Part shown: piece after piece, positions 1 through 11,684 of the stretch
Numbering within the stretch: the first letter of the stretch is position 1
Layout: each line of letters starts with the position of its first letter
Origin: Mobula birostris
Taxonomy: Eukaryota
Length of the DNA stretch: 64,000 bases
Assembly (NCBI RefSeq): GCF_030028105.1
Contig: NC_092378.1
Span: 47,774,400 to 47,838,399 of the forward strand
Reading direction: 5' to 3'
The notes under the pieces: model-generated
What the model was told of the DNA's origin: nothing
What the model saw: the letters and a program-made list of their open reading frames with translations, nothing else
Database searches by the model: none
Position numbers and translations under genes: made by a program

Positions 1-172
1 TTGAAACTGTAAAAGATGGAAATTAAAAAAAAGTTTTCTTGCTTAAAATATTAAAGAAGTGTGTCATCTTTTAACTTTATGCCTTTTGGAAATCAGTTAA
101 TCTTTTACTTGCTTAGCTATTCACAGTCACAGAAACTTTGACAAGGGGTGCCCAAACTTTTGCATACCACTA
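1..172. mobile_element. Terminal part of a Tc1/mariner DNA transposon
   Basis: Ends ggggtgcccaaacttttgcataccacta-ta, the reverse complement of a Tc1-type TIR (CAGTGG..GCAAAAGTTTGGGCACCCC), followed by TA. The rest of the element is outside the window. Confidence 0.6.
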
Positions 173-519
173 TATATAGACCATGATTATTGTATCACGA
201 CACACACCTAGCTGGCCAGAGAACAGCTAGAGTGGTTGACTTGTTTTGAATGCACTGAAGTCCAGATGCAGGGAATGACAAAGTCAGAGGCAACTAATGA
301 AAGGGGAGTTGGTGGCACAAGTATTTCATCCTATTAAATAAATTGTACATTTCTCTTGCAGTTAACAATGATGATATGTAAAAGTTTTGCAAAGACAAGC
401 TAGTTGGCTCTTGAGAATCCTGATTCTCCTCTTAACTGTTGGGACTTATTGCAGGTACTGTCAAATGCAGTCTACTTCATGGAGACCAGATGACAATGAA
501 ATATAGGATGAGAATTAGT

Positions 520-588
520 CACGGTAGTGTAACAATATTACAGCTCCAACAAACCAGGTTCAGTTCCACCGTTGCCTGCAAGGATTGA

Positions 589-639
<51 letters not shown>

Positions 640-735
640 CGTGTTCTATCCATGACCATATGGGTTTCCTCTGGGTTCTCTGGTTTCCTCCCACATTCCA
701 AGGGCATACAGGCTAGTAGGTCAATTGGTCACATC
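520..735 (+). mobile_element. HE1-like SINE relic containing a (GT)n microsatellite (~590-637)
   Basis: Core gggtttcctctgggttctctggtttcctcccacattcc...ggtcaattggtcac also recurs at ~37950-38200 and ~43945-44210. Confidence 0.6.
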
Positions 736-954
736 CACTCTGCCCAGGCCTTTCACTCAAGTGGCTTGTGCTTACTTAAAAAGGTGTTGAAGCATGCACC
801 ACTCTGACCATGGGTGCTCTCTGTGTGGAGTTTGCACGCGTCATGATGAATTTATAGAAAAGGGTTTGGATTAGTGTAGATGGAAGCTTGATGGTTAGAA
901 TGGATGTGGTGGTCTTAAGTGTCTGTTTCTGTCCTGTACAACAGAATAACTTAC

Positions 955-1025
955 AACATAGGGAAGGAATTTGACCCAAATGAGGTTCTGAGTCGGTGGA
1001 GTAACCTTCAGACTCAGAGCTGAGA
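955..1025 (-). CDS. Exon of the EGF/CUB gene (VSALSLKVTPPTQNLIWVKFLPYV); start of an unidentified downstream domain
   Basis: Acceptor ctgcttggcctacag|, donor GTT|gtaagt. 71 nt, phase 1 to 0, in frame with the 1154-1273 exon. Confidence 0.7.
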
Positions 1026-1153
1026 CTGTAGGCCAAGCAGACCATTGGTAACAATGGTAACATTTCCAGCTTCCTGCCACTGCTCACCCAAATCCAGAAA
1101 CAGTACTCATTGGAAAATGGTATCTGTGATCTGTGTGTAGGGTGCAGACTTAC

Positions 1154-1273
1154 CATAACATCCAGTCTCTGATTCACTCCAGCCTGGCACGCAGATACAC
1201 ACCGGATATCCTGACCTATCTGAGCTACAGGTCGCAGGTACGTTACAATCCAGTCTCCGGCAGGGAGACCACT
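1154..1273 (-). CDS. EGF-like (non-calcium) exon EWSPCRRLDCNVPATCSSDRSGYPVCICVPGWSESETGCY
   Basis: Acceptor ctcttgacctttgcag|, donor ATG|gtaagt. 120 nt, phase 1-1, six Cys in EGF spacing. The ORF track shows a different frame here. Confidence 0.9.
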
Positions 1274-2417
1274 CTGCAAAGGTCAAGAGTGATACAGTGA
1301 TATCAATAAAGGAATAGATGGGATTTTATTTTCTGTTGAGTAAGAGTGAGGCCTCCTACCTTTTTACTGACATACTGATCAATATGTGGGTCTGTGCCAT
1401 CTAATATACTTGGCCTCAAAGGACAACATTGTTTCAATCCTTCATTCTTCCCTTTATTTCAGTGAAAGTGGAAGTGGAGAGGAGTGTGTGATAAGCAGCT
1501 AAATAGAGATTGGACAATCATGCAAAATGAGCAAAGTCAAAAGACTGCACAGATCTCACAAGGAGGACCACTTGACTGCAGTTCCACCATTTCCAACTGG
1601 TTTACAAATGGCTCGAAGCTCATGGAGTGACCTCTATATGCATCTTTCCCCTCCACCAACAGGATGATTGTTAGCTCAGTATCAGTGCTGGGCTCTGCCG
1701 TGTGCCCTATTGGGTGGAAAGAACTGCCTCTGATTTTATCAATTAAGGAGTCTGTAAGCCAATGAGAGATTTGAGAATTTACATTTCATTAGATATGCAA
1801 TGCGGTTGCTTCCAATTGGAGATAGAGAAAGCTGCCATCTCATCAGCCTAGAGGCAGGTTGCTTATTCTAGAGTCTAGACCGAGGACAGGACTCGAGCGA
1901 GCGACTGCTGTCGCTGCATTTCTTTAATATAAAAGCATGAAAGCTTGCACTGATACCACTGAACCGTTGGTCTGAGAGGGCCAATTCTGTAAAATAAACC
2001 CCATTTATCCTATCCCAGACAACAAACAATATATTCAATGCACACACGTACACATAAAATATTTTGGAATGATCATTTATATTGTGTATGTGATTATTAA
2101 TAATAATTGTACTTTAAAGATCATGCTGCTTATTTTTCTCTTGTGAATGATTGAAGAAAGTGTTGATAATAAGCACAAACTACTTTATTATCAGTTCTGG
2201 ATAATTAACATTTTAAAGGCCCATCTGCCAGATACACTATCATAGTAATATATAAAATTCTGGGAAAATGGTTCTTCTCCCTGTCTGATGTCTGAGAAGT
2301 AAGCTCCCTTTCTCACTCAACATTTGAGAATCTGGTTCTCTTCCTCACTCAACATTTTGCCTTTTAAGTGATTTAACAAAACCCACCAATTTGCTCATTT
2401 AACACCATATGCTTAAA

Positions 2418-2594
2418 GTAATGCACACCAAATGCTGGAGAAACTCAGCAGGACTGCCTTGATGAAGGGTCTCAGCCGGAAGCGTCGACTATTTACTCTT
2501 TTCCATAGATTCTGCCTGGTCTGCTGAGTTCCTCAAGCTTTTTGTGTGCATTACTTTGATTTCCAGCATCTGCAGATTTTCTCTTGTTTGTGTG
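2418..2594. mobile_element. Penelope-derived hairpin element with 14-bp TSD
   Basis: Inverted arms (cacaccaaatgctggagaaactcagca / tgctgagttcctcaagctttttgtgtg). Flanks accatatgcttaaa (2404-2417) and accatacgcttaaa (2595-2608). Confidence 0.7.
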
Positions 2595-4130
2595 ACCATA
2601 CGCTTAAATTTGCCATTTTGTTATTTGAAGCCAGTCTCCTGTTTAGCATTTGATTCAAAGTGAATTTATTATCAAAGTACATGTATATCATCACATACTG
2701 CCATGAAATTCATTTTCTTGCAGGCACATACAGGAAAATAAAGAAATACAATATAATTTATGAATTACTATACATAAATATAGATCACAAACAACCTATA
2801 TACAAAATAAGATAAATTGCAGTGAAAATAAATAAGGTAACTTAAATAAATAAAACTGAGAGCATGAATTGCAGAGATCTTGAAAGTGAGTCTATGGGCT
2901 GTGGAATCAGTTCACAGTTGTGGTGAATGAAATTATCCTCGCCAGCTTAAGAGCCTGATGGTTGTAGGATAATAACTGTTCCTGAACCTGGTGGCGTGGG
3001 ACATAAGGGATATCAAAGCACTTTGTATATGCTTACACTGAGCTCACTTTCTACCAAGGGGGATCTTTTTCTTTGATGGTTGCCTGTGTTGCCTCTGTTT
3101 ATAGATCCAGATATGCCATGACTGAATCATGTGGCAATTTTGACTTTAGAATCGGAATCAGGTTTATGACGCAAAATGTATTGCTTTATGACAGCGGTAG
3201 AATGCAAAGACATAAAATAGCTGTAAATGACAAAATAAATAAATAAATAAATAGTGTAAAAAGGACAGGAATAATGAGATAGTGTTCATCTTGCTTCTGT
3301 TCTCTTACAGCCATATTTGCTCAGAAAGCAAAAGTCTTCTTCCTTCCTCAGGAAGTTTTTAGTATACTCTGAGCATTAATTTTGCATTCATGAATGCCTA
3401 ACAAAGAACATGATTTTATGTTTTTCCTATTCCTGTAGGAAAACTGCACTAAATGCAGGTACCCACCCTCACCAACTTCTCGTTTGCCGCAGCATTCTTA
3501 AAAACATTACATTTTTCCAATGCACACCTCATTTAATTTGTACACAATGTAAAAGGAGATTCCTTTGTGGATTCAAGTTTATCATGTTACTAACATCTGA
3601 GTGGGCTCTCTATGTGAAGGATTGCTCTTTAAAGTCTCTCTCTATGTACTTTAAAGCTTTGCATGAATATTTCCCACACAAAAGTGCTGTCGCTCATTCT
3701 CATTGAAAGTAAAGTTTGATTCATCTATCTTGGTTTCTCAGTAGAGAACAACACTCTAACCTCTAAGATTAGTTTTAGAGTATTGTTCCCGATCATATCT
3801 ATTGCAACTGGTTACTGGGAGCACTATTTAAATGAACTAATCCTCCAGTTCGTTCACAGACTCTTATAGATCTCTTGTAAATTGCCTCTTTCTTACAAAG
3901 GAAAGAGCTTTTGCTAATTTTAATTTGTCTTTCTGTCAGTGTGCTGCAGCTGATTTAATGTTGTTAGGGTTGTGTATTTATATTTTCACCCCATTTCTGA
4001 CCTTGTCAGAGGCCTTACTAAAGTCTTGTAGACAATACCCACTGCCTTTCCTATCAACTTTCCTGGTAACTTCCTTGATATTGGTTAGACATGACCTACC
4101 ATGCACAGAGCCATGTTGACCATTGGTATG

Positions 4131-4381
4131 ATTATGATTATGAGGACATGCAGTCCCCTTTTATTGTCATTTAGTAATGCATGCATTAAGAAATGATAAA
4201 ATTTTTTCCAGAATGATATCATGAAAACACATGACAAACCGACTTAAAACCTAACAAAAACCACATGATTATAACATATAGTTACAACAGTGCAAAGCAA
4301 TACCGTAATTTGATAAGAACAGACCATGGCACAGTAAAAGTCTCAAAGTCTCTCGAAAGTCCCATCAACTCACGCAGACGA
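4131..4381 (-). mobile_element. 3' end of a non-autonomous retroposon family, also at 27503-28170 and 51225-51842
   Basis: Near-identical 3' sequence in all three copies (aatgcatgcatta...gacaataaa...ataatc tail). Confidence 0.65.
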
Positions 4382-4450
4382 CTTACAATTGTGAGGGCTT
4401 TGATGATAATGAGATAGCAAAGAGTGAGAAAAAACTGAGGCAGAACTCAC

Positions 4451-4669
4451 CCATTTCATAGTAAATGTTGAACTTTGTGTTTGGAATTTGTGGACCAGAA
4501 TGGAAGTGGACCCACATGTTAGTGCAGTTGGAGACATGAAAGGTGCCGGTATCTAAGTTTTCCTCAGTCAAATTGAATCGCACGTCTTGACCAGGATTCA
4601 TTCCACAGCCAAAGGAGATGTGATCTTCCTGGGATGTCACAGTCAACAAGTCCACCCTGAATCGGATTC
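4451..4669 (-). CDS. Second exon of the divergent CUB-like domain (GIRFRVDLLTVTSQEDHISFGCGMNPGQD...NMWVHFHSGPQIPNTKFNIYYEM)
   Basis: Acceptor gttttacccccag|, donor ATGG|gtgagt. 219 nt, phase 1-1. MWVHFHS...F.I.Y matches the CUB C-terminal strands. Confidence 0.85.
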
Positions 4670-5079
4670 CTGGGGGTAAAACATGTGCCCTAGTTATTTG
4701 CAGCACAGTTTTTCAACAGTTCACACATGGCTTCAGACATGCTCAGTACCACCATATCCCTTTAATTGATAGGGGTTCACCTGTTTCATATTGTGCATTC
4801 TAGCCTTTGAGTCAAAATGCTGTTGATTCAGGCTATCCTTTAAAGAACTGAGAACATTTCCAGGCATGGAACTTCCTGCAGTACTGACAGGGTTCTGCAT
4901 AGTCAATAAATTGGTTGGGTACTGAAGAACGACAGGTTATCTTCCCTGAAAATACTGAACTAAGTCTTTTCTCTCAGACATGTTCTAACTAAGATCTTAA
5001 TAACTGGTGAGCTCTCACATTAACCTCGGCCAGTAACTATCTCCCAGAAATCAGCTTGTTTGGCTACTATCACAACTGT

Positions 5080-6140
5080 TCTCAGTTCCTTTGTGTTCAC
5101 CACTTCTTTTCCCAGGATGAGGCTTTCCATTCCAGGGCATCAAATACGTCTTCCTTTTTCAAAGAACTCGCCCATTGATGCTGCTCTCACCCACATTTCC
5201 TCCACTTCCGGAACTCCATCTTCCTGCTGCCTTCACAGGGATCCAGTTCCTCTCGTGCTCACCTACCACACCATGGACCTCTGCATTCAACACATTATTC
5301 TCCACAACTTCCACCAGACCCTACCACCAAACACACCTTAACTCATCCCCCGAATTCTCCACAAAAACCACCCCCTCTGCGATTCCCTTTTGCATTTGTC
5401 CCTCCGCATTCATCTCCCTCCTGGCACTTATCCTAGCAAGGGCAAAAGTACTACACCTACCCATTCACCTTCTCCCTCACTTCCATTCAGGGCCCAAACT
5501 GTCCTTCCAGGTGACACTTCACCTGCAAATATTTTGAGGTAGACTACCATATACGGTGCTCATGGTGTGGCCTCCTTTACATTGGTAACACCCAACGTAA
5601 CTTGGGAGACCACTTTGTCAAGCACCTCTGCACCATCCACAAACTGCAGAATTTCATTTCCTATCCTCATTCCCATTTCAGCAAGTTGGTCAATGGCCTG
5701 CTCTTCTGCCATGAGGTCACTCTCAGGTTGGAGGAAGAACATCTCTTATTCCATATAGCTAGTCTCCAACCTAATGGTATGAACATTAATTTTCCCCTCC
5801 CCTTCCCTCTTCATTTCCCCACTCAGGCCTCTTACATCTTCTCACCTGCTTATCACCTCCCCTTGGTGCCCATCCTCCTTCTCTTTCCCCCATGATCCAT
5901 TCTCCTCTCCTCTCAGGTTCCTTCTTCTCCTACCCTTTGCCTTTTCCACATCACCTCACGGCTAGTCCCTCTCCTTCTTATTCTGGCTTCCTCCTTCTTC
6001 CTTCTCGGTCCTGATGAAAGGTCTCGTCCAAAATGTCGACTGTTTATTCATTTCCATAGATGCTGTCTGACCTGCTGAGTTCTGCCAGCATTTTGTGTGT
6101 GTGTTGCTTTGGATTTCCAGCATCTGCAGGATCTCTTGTG
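5080..6140 (+). mobile_element. Penelope-like element 3' fragment (degenerate GIY-YIG region plus terminal repeat)
   Basis: ORF 5602-5895 contains TLRLEEEHLLFHIASLQPNGMNINF. It is followed by a pyrimidine-rich tract and the shared terminal-repeat sequence. Confidence 0.7.
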
Positions 6141-7277
6141 TGTACTGTCACAACACCATTCGTGGTTTCTGCCTGTGTGCAATTGGAATGCTTTGGTCCC
6201 TTTATTAGAAATGGAAGAACATCTCCAATGATACTGCATTATGTGCAAGTTAATGTAAATGCTACAGTACAATTTGAGATGCTCTTAAATGATACTTTTA
6301 ACATTGTTTGTCGAGTTATAACTAATGCATGGTTTGTCTGATTGATCACGGTTGAGAGATCAAGTGTGGCGAAGAAAATTAATACGTACCGTATGATTTG
6401 ATAAAACCCTGTTGTGGTTGTGTGGATAATTTGATTATTCATTTTCAATTGAATAATTTAGTATTTTGGTCCTTTTTTTCATCTCATGGGAGGTCAAAGA
6501 TGTGGGTGAAATATCTTGGACTCATTGTAGGTTGAATTTTGGAACAGGTGAATGTATCATTGTTAGGTAGCTCAACCTATTAGGGAAGTTATGGGTTGAT
6601 GGGTTTGGGTTGATTTTGAGTTGAGTTATACTGGAGTTAAAGCAACTATAGTTTGAGATAATATTAAGCTTTAATTGTTATCAGGCAGGCTTCTATTTTA
6701 AGAATAACTTGTCTTTTTGTCAGTATTATGTTTGAGGTGATAATTAAATAAACTTAAAAGCCTTCTGTCATGGAAGCAGCTACATCAACCTACAGCAATG
6801 TTACACGACGGAAACACCACCGATCACCTCCAATCATTTGTCACAATTTCCACCCATCTATCCTCCACCAGACTCCATTTGCCAATCCACCCTCCTCATC
6901 TGGATCTGCCCATCACTTGCCAGCTCTCGACCCACACCGAAACCTCGCCTATTCATGCCGGCTATCTCTCCGCTATTGTTTCCATCCGGGAGAAGGATCT
7001 TGACCTGAAATATCAAATGTCCATTTTCCTCAGATGCTAGCTGAATTGCTGTGTTTCTCAAGCAGCTTATCATTCAGCAAACATCAATACAACTTATGAG
7101 AGCATTATTGCTTTGTTCGAGGAAACAAACAGAGGAAAAAGAGGATTTAATGTTTCAAAGTCAGATGTTGTCAGTCACAGAGATCTGTGTGATTTCAAGT
7201 TCTCACTAGCTGGGTCCCACTGTTGGAGGACACTGGGAGGAACTGCACCATTTACTGGATATGGAACAATCTGACGT

Positions 7278-10200
7278 ACCATAAGGCCATAGGACCATAA
7301 GACATCAGAGCAGAATTAGGTCATTTGGCCCATTGGGTTGGCTCCGCCATTTCATCATGGCTGATCCCATTTTTATCTCGGCTCCAATCTCCTGCCTTCT
7401 CCCCGTATCTCTTCATGCCCTGATCAATCAAGAATCTATCAACCTCTGCCTTAAATATACATAGAGACTTGGCCTTCACAGCTGCCTATGGCAAAGAATT
7501 CCACCAATTCACCACTCACTGGCTGAAGAAATTCCTCCTCATCTCCATTCTAAAAGGACACCCCTCTATTCTGAGGCTGTGCCCTCTGGTCTTAGACTAT
7601 CCCACCATAGGAAACATCCTCTCCACATCCACTCTATCAAGGTCTTTCATCATTCATTGATTTCAATGAGGTCACCTCCCAGTCTTCTGAATTCTAATGA
7701 ATATAGGCCCTGAGCCATCAAATGCTCTTCAAATGATAAGGCATTCAATCTTGAAATCATTTTCATGAACCTCCTTTGAATCCTCACCAGTTTCAGCACA
7801 TCCTTTTTAAAGACAAGGGGCCCAAAACTGCTCACAATACGCCCAGTGAGGCCTTACCAGTGCTCTCAACATTGCAGCCTTGTTTTTATATTCTAGTCCT
7901 CTTGAAATGAATGCCAACATTGCATTTGCCTTCTCCACCACAGACTTAACCTGCAAATTAACCTTTAGGGAATCCTGCACAAGAGCTTCCAAGTCCCTTT
8001 GCACCTCAGTTTTTTGTATTTTCTCTCCATTTAGAAAGTAGTCAACCCTTGCATTTCTTCTACCAATGTGCATGACCATACACTTCCCAACACCATACTC
8101 AATCTGCCACTTCTTTGCTCATTATCCTAATTTGTCCTGGTCCTTCTGTAACCTTTCTACTTCCTCAAAACTACCTGCCCCTCTAACTCTCCAACTGTCT
8201 TCGTATTGTCTGACAACTTTGCAACAAAGCTATCAATTCCATCATCCAAGTCATTAACATACAATGTAAAAAGAATTGGTCTCAACACAGACCTCTGTGG
8301 AATGCCATTAGTCACTGGCAGCCAACCAGAAAAGGTTCCCTTTATTCCCACTCTTTGCCTCCTGCTATGCAGACACTGATTTATCAATGCTAGAATCTTC
8401 CCTGTAATACCATGGGATCATAGCGTGTTAAGCAGCCTCAGGTGTGGCAACTTGTCAAAGGCCTTTTGTAAATCCAAGTAGACAATATCAACCAATTCTC
8501 CTATGTCTATTTGGCTCATTATTTTCTCAAAGAATTCCAACAGATCTGTCAGCAAGATTTTCCCATGAGGAAACCATGCTGACTATGGCCTCTTGCATCA
8601 CGTGCCTCCAAGTATCCTGAAACCACATCCTTAGCAATTGACTCCAACATCTTCCCAACCACTGAAGTCAGGCTAACTGACCTGTAATTTCCTGTCTTTT
8701 ATCTCTCTCCCTTGTTGAAGAGTGGAGTGACATTTGAAATTTTCCAGTCTTCCAGAACCATTGCAGAATCTAGTGATTCTTGAAAGATCATAACTAATGC
8801 CTCCACAAACTCTTCATCCACCTGTTTTGAAACCCCAGGGTGTACACCATCTGGTCTAGATGACTTATCAACCTTCAGGCCTTTCAGTTTCCCAAAAACG
8901 TTCTTCCTAGTAATGGTAACTTCACACACTTCATGTCCCCTGACATCTGGAACTTCCACCTTACTGCTAGAGTCTTCCACAGTGAAGACTGACATAAAAT
9001 ACTTACTCAATTTGTTTGCTATTTCCTTGTCCCCAATTACTACCTCTCCAGCATCATTTTCCAGTAGTCCAATATCCACTCTCACTTCTCTTTTACGTAT
9101 CTGAAGAAACCTTTGGCATCCTCTTTAATATTATTAGGTGGTTTACATTTGTATTCCATCTTTATCTTCTCAATGACTTTTTAGTTAACTTTGTCGGTAT
9201 TTGAAAGCTTTTCTAAACCTCTAATTTTTGCTCTAATATATGCCTTCTCTTAGGCTTTTATGTTGGCTTTGTCTTCTCTTGTTAGCCACAATTGTTCCAT
9301 CTTGCCTTTAGACTACTTCTTCCTCTTTGCAATTTATATATCATGTGCATTCTGAATCACTTCCAGAAATTCCAGCCATTGCTGCTCCGCAATCATCCCT
9401 GCCAGTAGTCTTTGCCAATCACTTCTGGCTAATTCCTCTCTCATGCCTCTATAATCCCTTTTAGTCTACTGTAATGCTGATACATCTGACTTCATCTTCT
9501 CCTCTCAAAATTTAGGGTGACTTTGATCATGTTACAATCACTTACACCTAAGTGTTCTTTTACTTTAAGCTCTCTAATTAACTCTAGATCATTGTGCAAC
9601 ACCCAGTCCAGAATAGCTGATCCCCTAGTGGGCTTAACCATAAGCTGCTCTAAAAAGCCATCTTGTAGGCATTCTTGAGATTCCCCTTCTTGGAATCCAG
9701 CGCCAACCTGATTTTCCCAATCTACCTGCATGTTGAAATCCTCCATGGCTATTGTAACATTGCCCTTTTGGGCAATCTCCCATTGTAATTTGTAGACCAC
9801 ATCTTTATTACTGTCTGGGGGTCTGTATATAACTCCCAACAGGGTATTTTTACTCTTGCAGTTCCTTTGCTCTATCCACAATGATTCAATACCTTCCAAC
9901 CCTCTGTCACCTCTTTCTAATGATGTGATTTCATTTTTTACCAACAGAGCAACACTGCTCCCTCAGCCTTCAGTACAATGTGTATCCTTGGATATTAAGC
10001 TCCCAACCATGGTTAAGCTTTCAGCCATGATTCAGTGACGCCTTCAACATTATACAGGCCAATCTGCAACTGTGCTACAAGTTCATTTACCTTATTCTAT
10101 ATACCGTGTGCCTTCTGTCCTGCATTCGGGCTTTTCAATTCTCTCCACCCTTTACATTGCAACTTGTCCTGTTGCCTGCAATTTTGTCCTGTCATCAGCC

Positions 10201-11255
10201 TCTCCTTGCTAGGAGTCTCACTACACCTTGCATCTGTTTGTAAACCAACAACCTCATCTTCAGCACAATCACTCCAGTTCCTGTCCCCATGTCAAATTAG
10301 CTTAAACCCAACTGAACAACTCTAGCCATCAAGGCCGCAAGGATATTGGACCCCTCAAGTTCAGGTGTAACCCATCCCTTTTGTACAGACCATATTTCGC
10401 CCAGAAGAGATTCCAGTGATCCATAAATCTAAACCCCTGCCCCCTGCTCCAGTTCCTCAGCCATGCATTCACCTACCTAATCATTACCCTCACTGGCACA
10501 TTGCACAGGCAACAATCCAGAGATAACTACCCTGGAGCTCCTGTTTCTCAGCTCCCTAAAATCTCTCTCCAGGACCTCCTCACCTTGTCTACCTGCATCA
10601 TTGGTGCCAATATGCACTGAGACTTCTGGCTGCTCACTCTCGCCCTTGAAAATGCCATGGATCCGAGCTGAAACATCCCTGATCTTGGCACCAAGGAGGC
10701 AACATACCACCCAGATGTCCCTATTGCACCCACAGAACCTCAGCTCTGCTCCTCTAACTACGGAATCTCCTATCAACACGGCAGTCCTCTTCACCTCTCT
10801 GCTCTTCTGAGCCACAGTATCAGACTCAGTACCAGAGACCCGGTCACTGTATCTCCCCCTGGTAGATTGTCTCCCTCAATAATATCTAAAGTTATATACT
10901 TACTATTGAGGGTAATGGCCACAGGTGTACTCTGCACTAACTATGCATTTCCCTTCCTTCTCCTGGCTGTTACCAGTTAGCTGTCTCCTGAAACCTAGGG
11001 GTGACTACTTCTCTATAGTTCCTTCTATCACTTTCTCATTCTCCTGTTTGAGTCAAAGGTCACTGAGCTACACCTCCAGTTCCATAATACGTTCTCTCAG
11101 GAGCTGCAGTTTGGTGCACCTGGTGCACATGTGGTTATCTGGGAAACCTCCAGTCTCCCAGACTTCCCACATTCCACACAGAGTACAAGACACTGCTCCT
11201 ACAGCCATTCTCACTACTCTGCTATGCCCTAACAGATCACCTCCATGAATCACCA
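7278..11255 (-). mobile_element. Near-full-length degenerate CR1 LINE (ORF1 zinc finger plus SGNH esterase; ORF2 endonuclease plus RT)
   Basis: CTLCGMWE..CTRC (11068-11253); LIGDSVVRG..HIGTND esterase (10477-10815); GVIYRPP/DFN endonuclease (9492-9944); RT fragments (LFTLYVNDLDDG, QRDL, CEQFWAP); short tandem-repeat tail at ~7278-7302. Many frameshifts. Confidence 0.9.
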
Positions 11256-11684
11256 GTACTTAACTAATTCCACCTTTGTGAACCAGCTAGATCAGTGCAA
11301 GCTATTATAAAGGTGCCGTACACTTCTCAATCCTGTTATTGCTAAATTTGGGATGTACATACATCCTGAATGATCATTCCTGAACAAGTCAAAGGTAAAT
11401 CCAATAGGCATTCTAGTGAGCATGTTCAGATGATCAATGAAGGTTTGATTTTCTCCTCCCAGTGACCCTTAAGTTTGGCTGCTCGCATAAGTGAGCTTGG
11501 GGAATGGAAGAATAATTTCCATAGCACAGACAAGTATGTGTACGGCAGCAAGTATTTAATGACTGATTGCAGTGACTGACATCACATGACCAAAGTCACG
11601 AAGAAGATGGGTGAGTTTTGAACATGTGATTAAAACTCTTGGAATATGGTCAATCCTAGTCTGGATTGTTGAACTAGCTCCTCC

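Noticed and set aside
776-1279. 167-aa ORF as a standalone gene
   Set aside because: It overlaps two real exons in the wrong frame; the splice-defined frame gives a clean EGF domain.
1560-1706. Open phase-1 frame after a plausible acceptor (GHTAEPSTDTELTIILL..)
   Set aside because: No convincing donor and no recognisable domain; the flanking exons already join in frame.
11274-11379. Minus-strand exon candidate between the CUB exons
   Set aside because: Stops in every frame and a weak donor.
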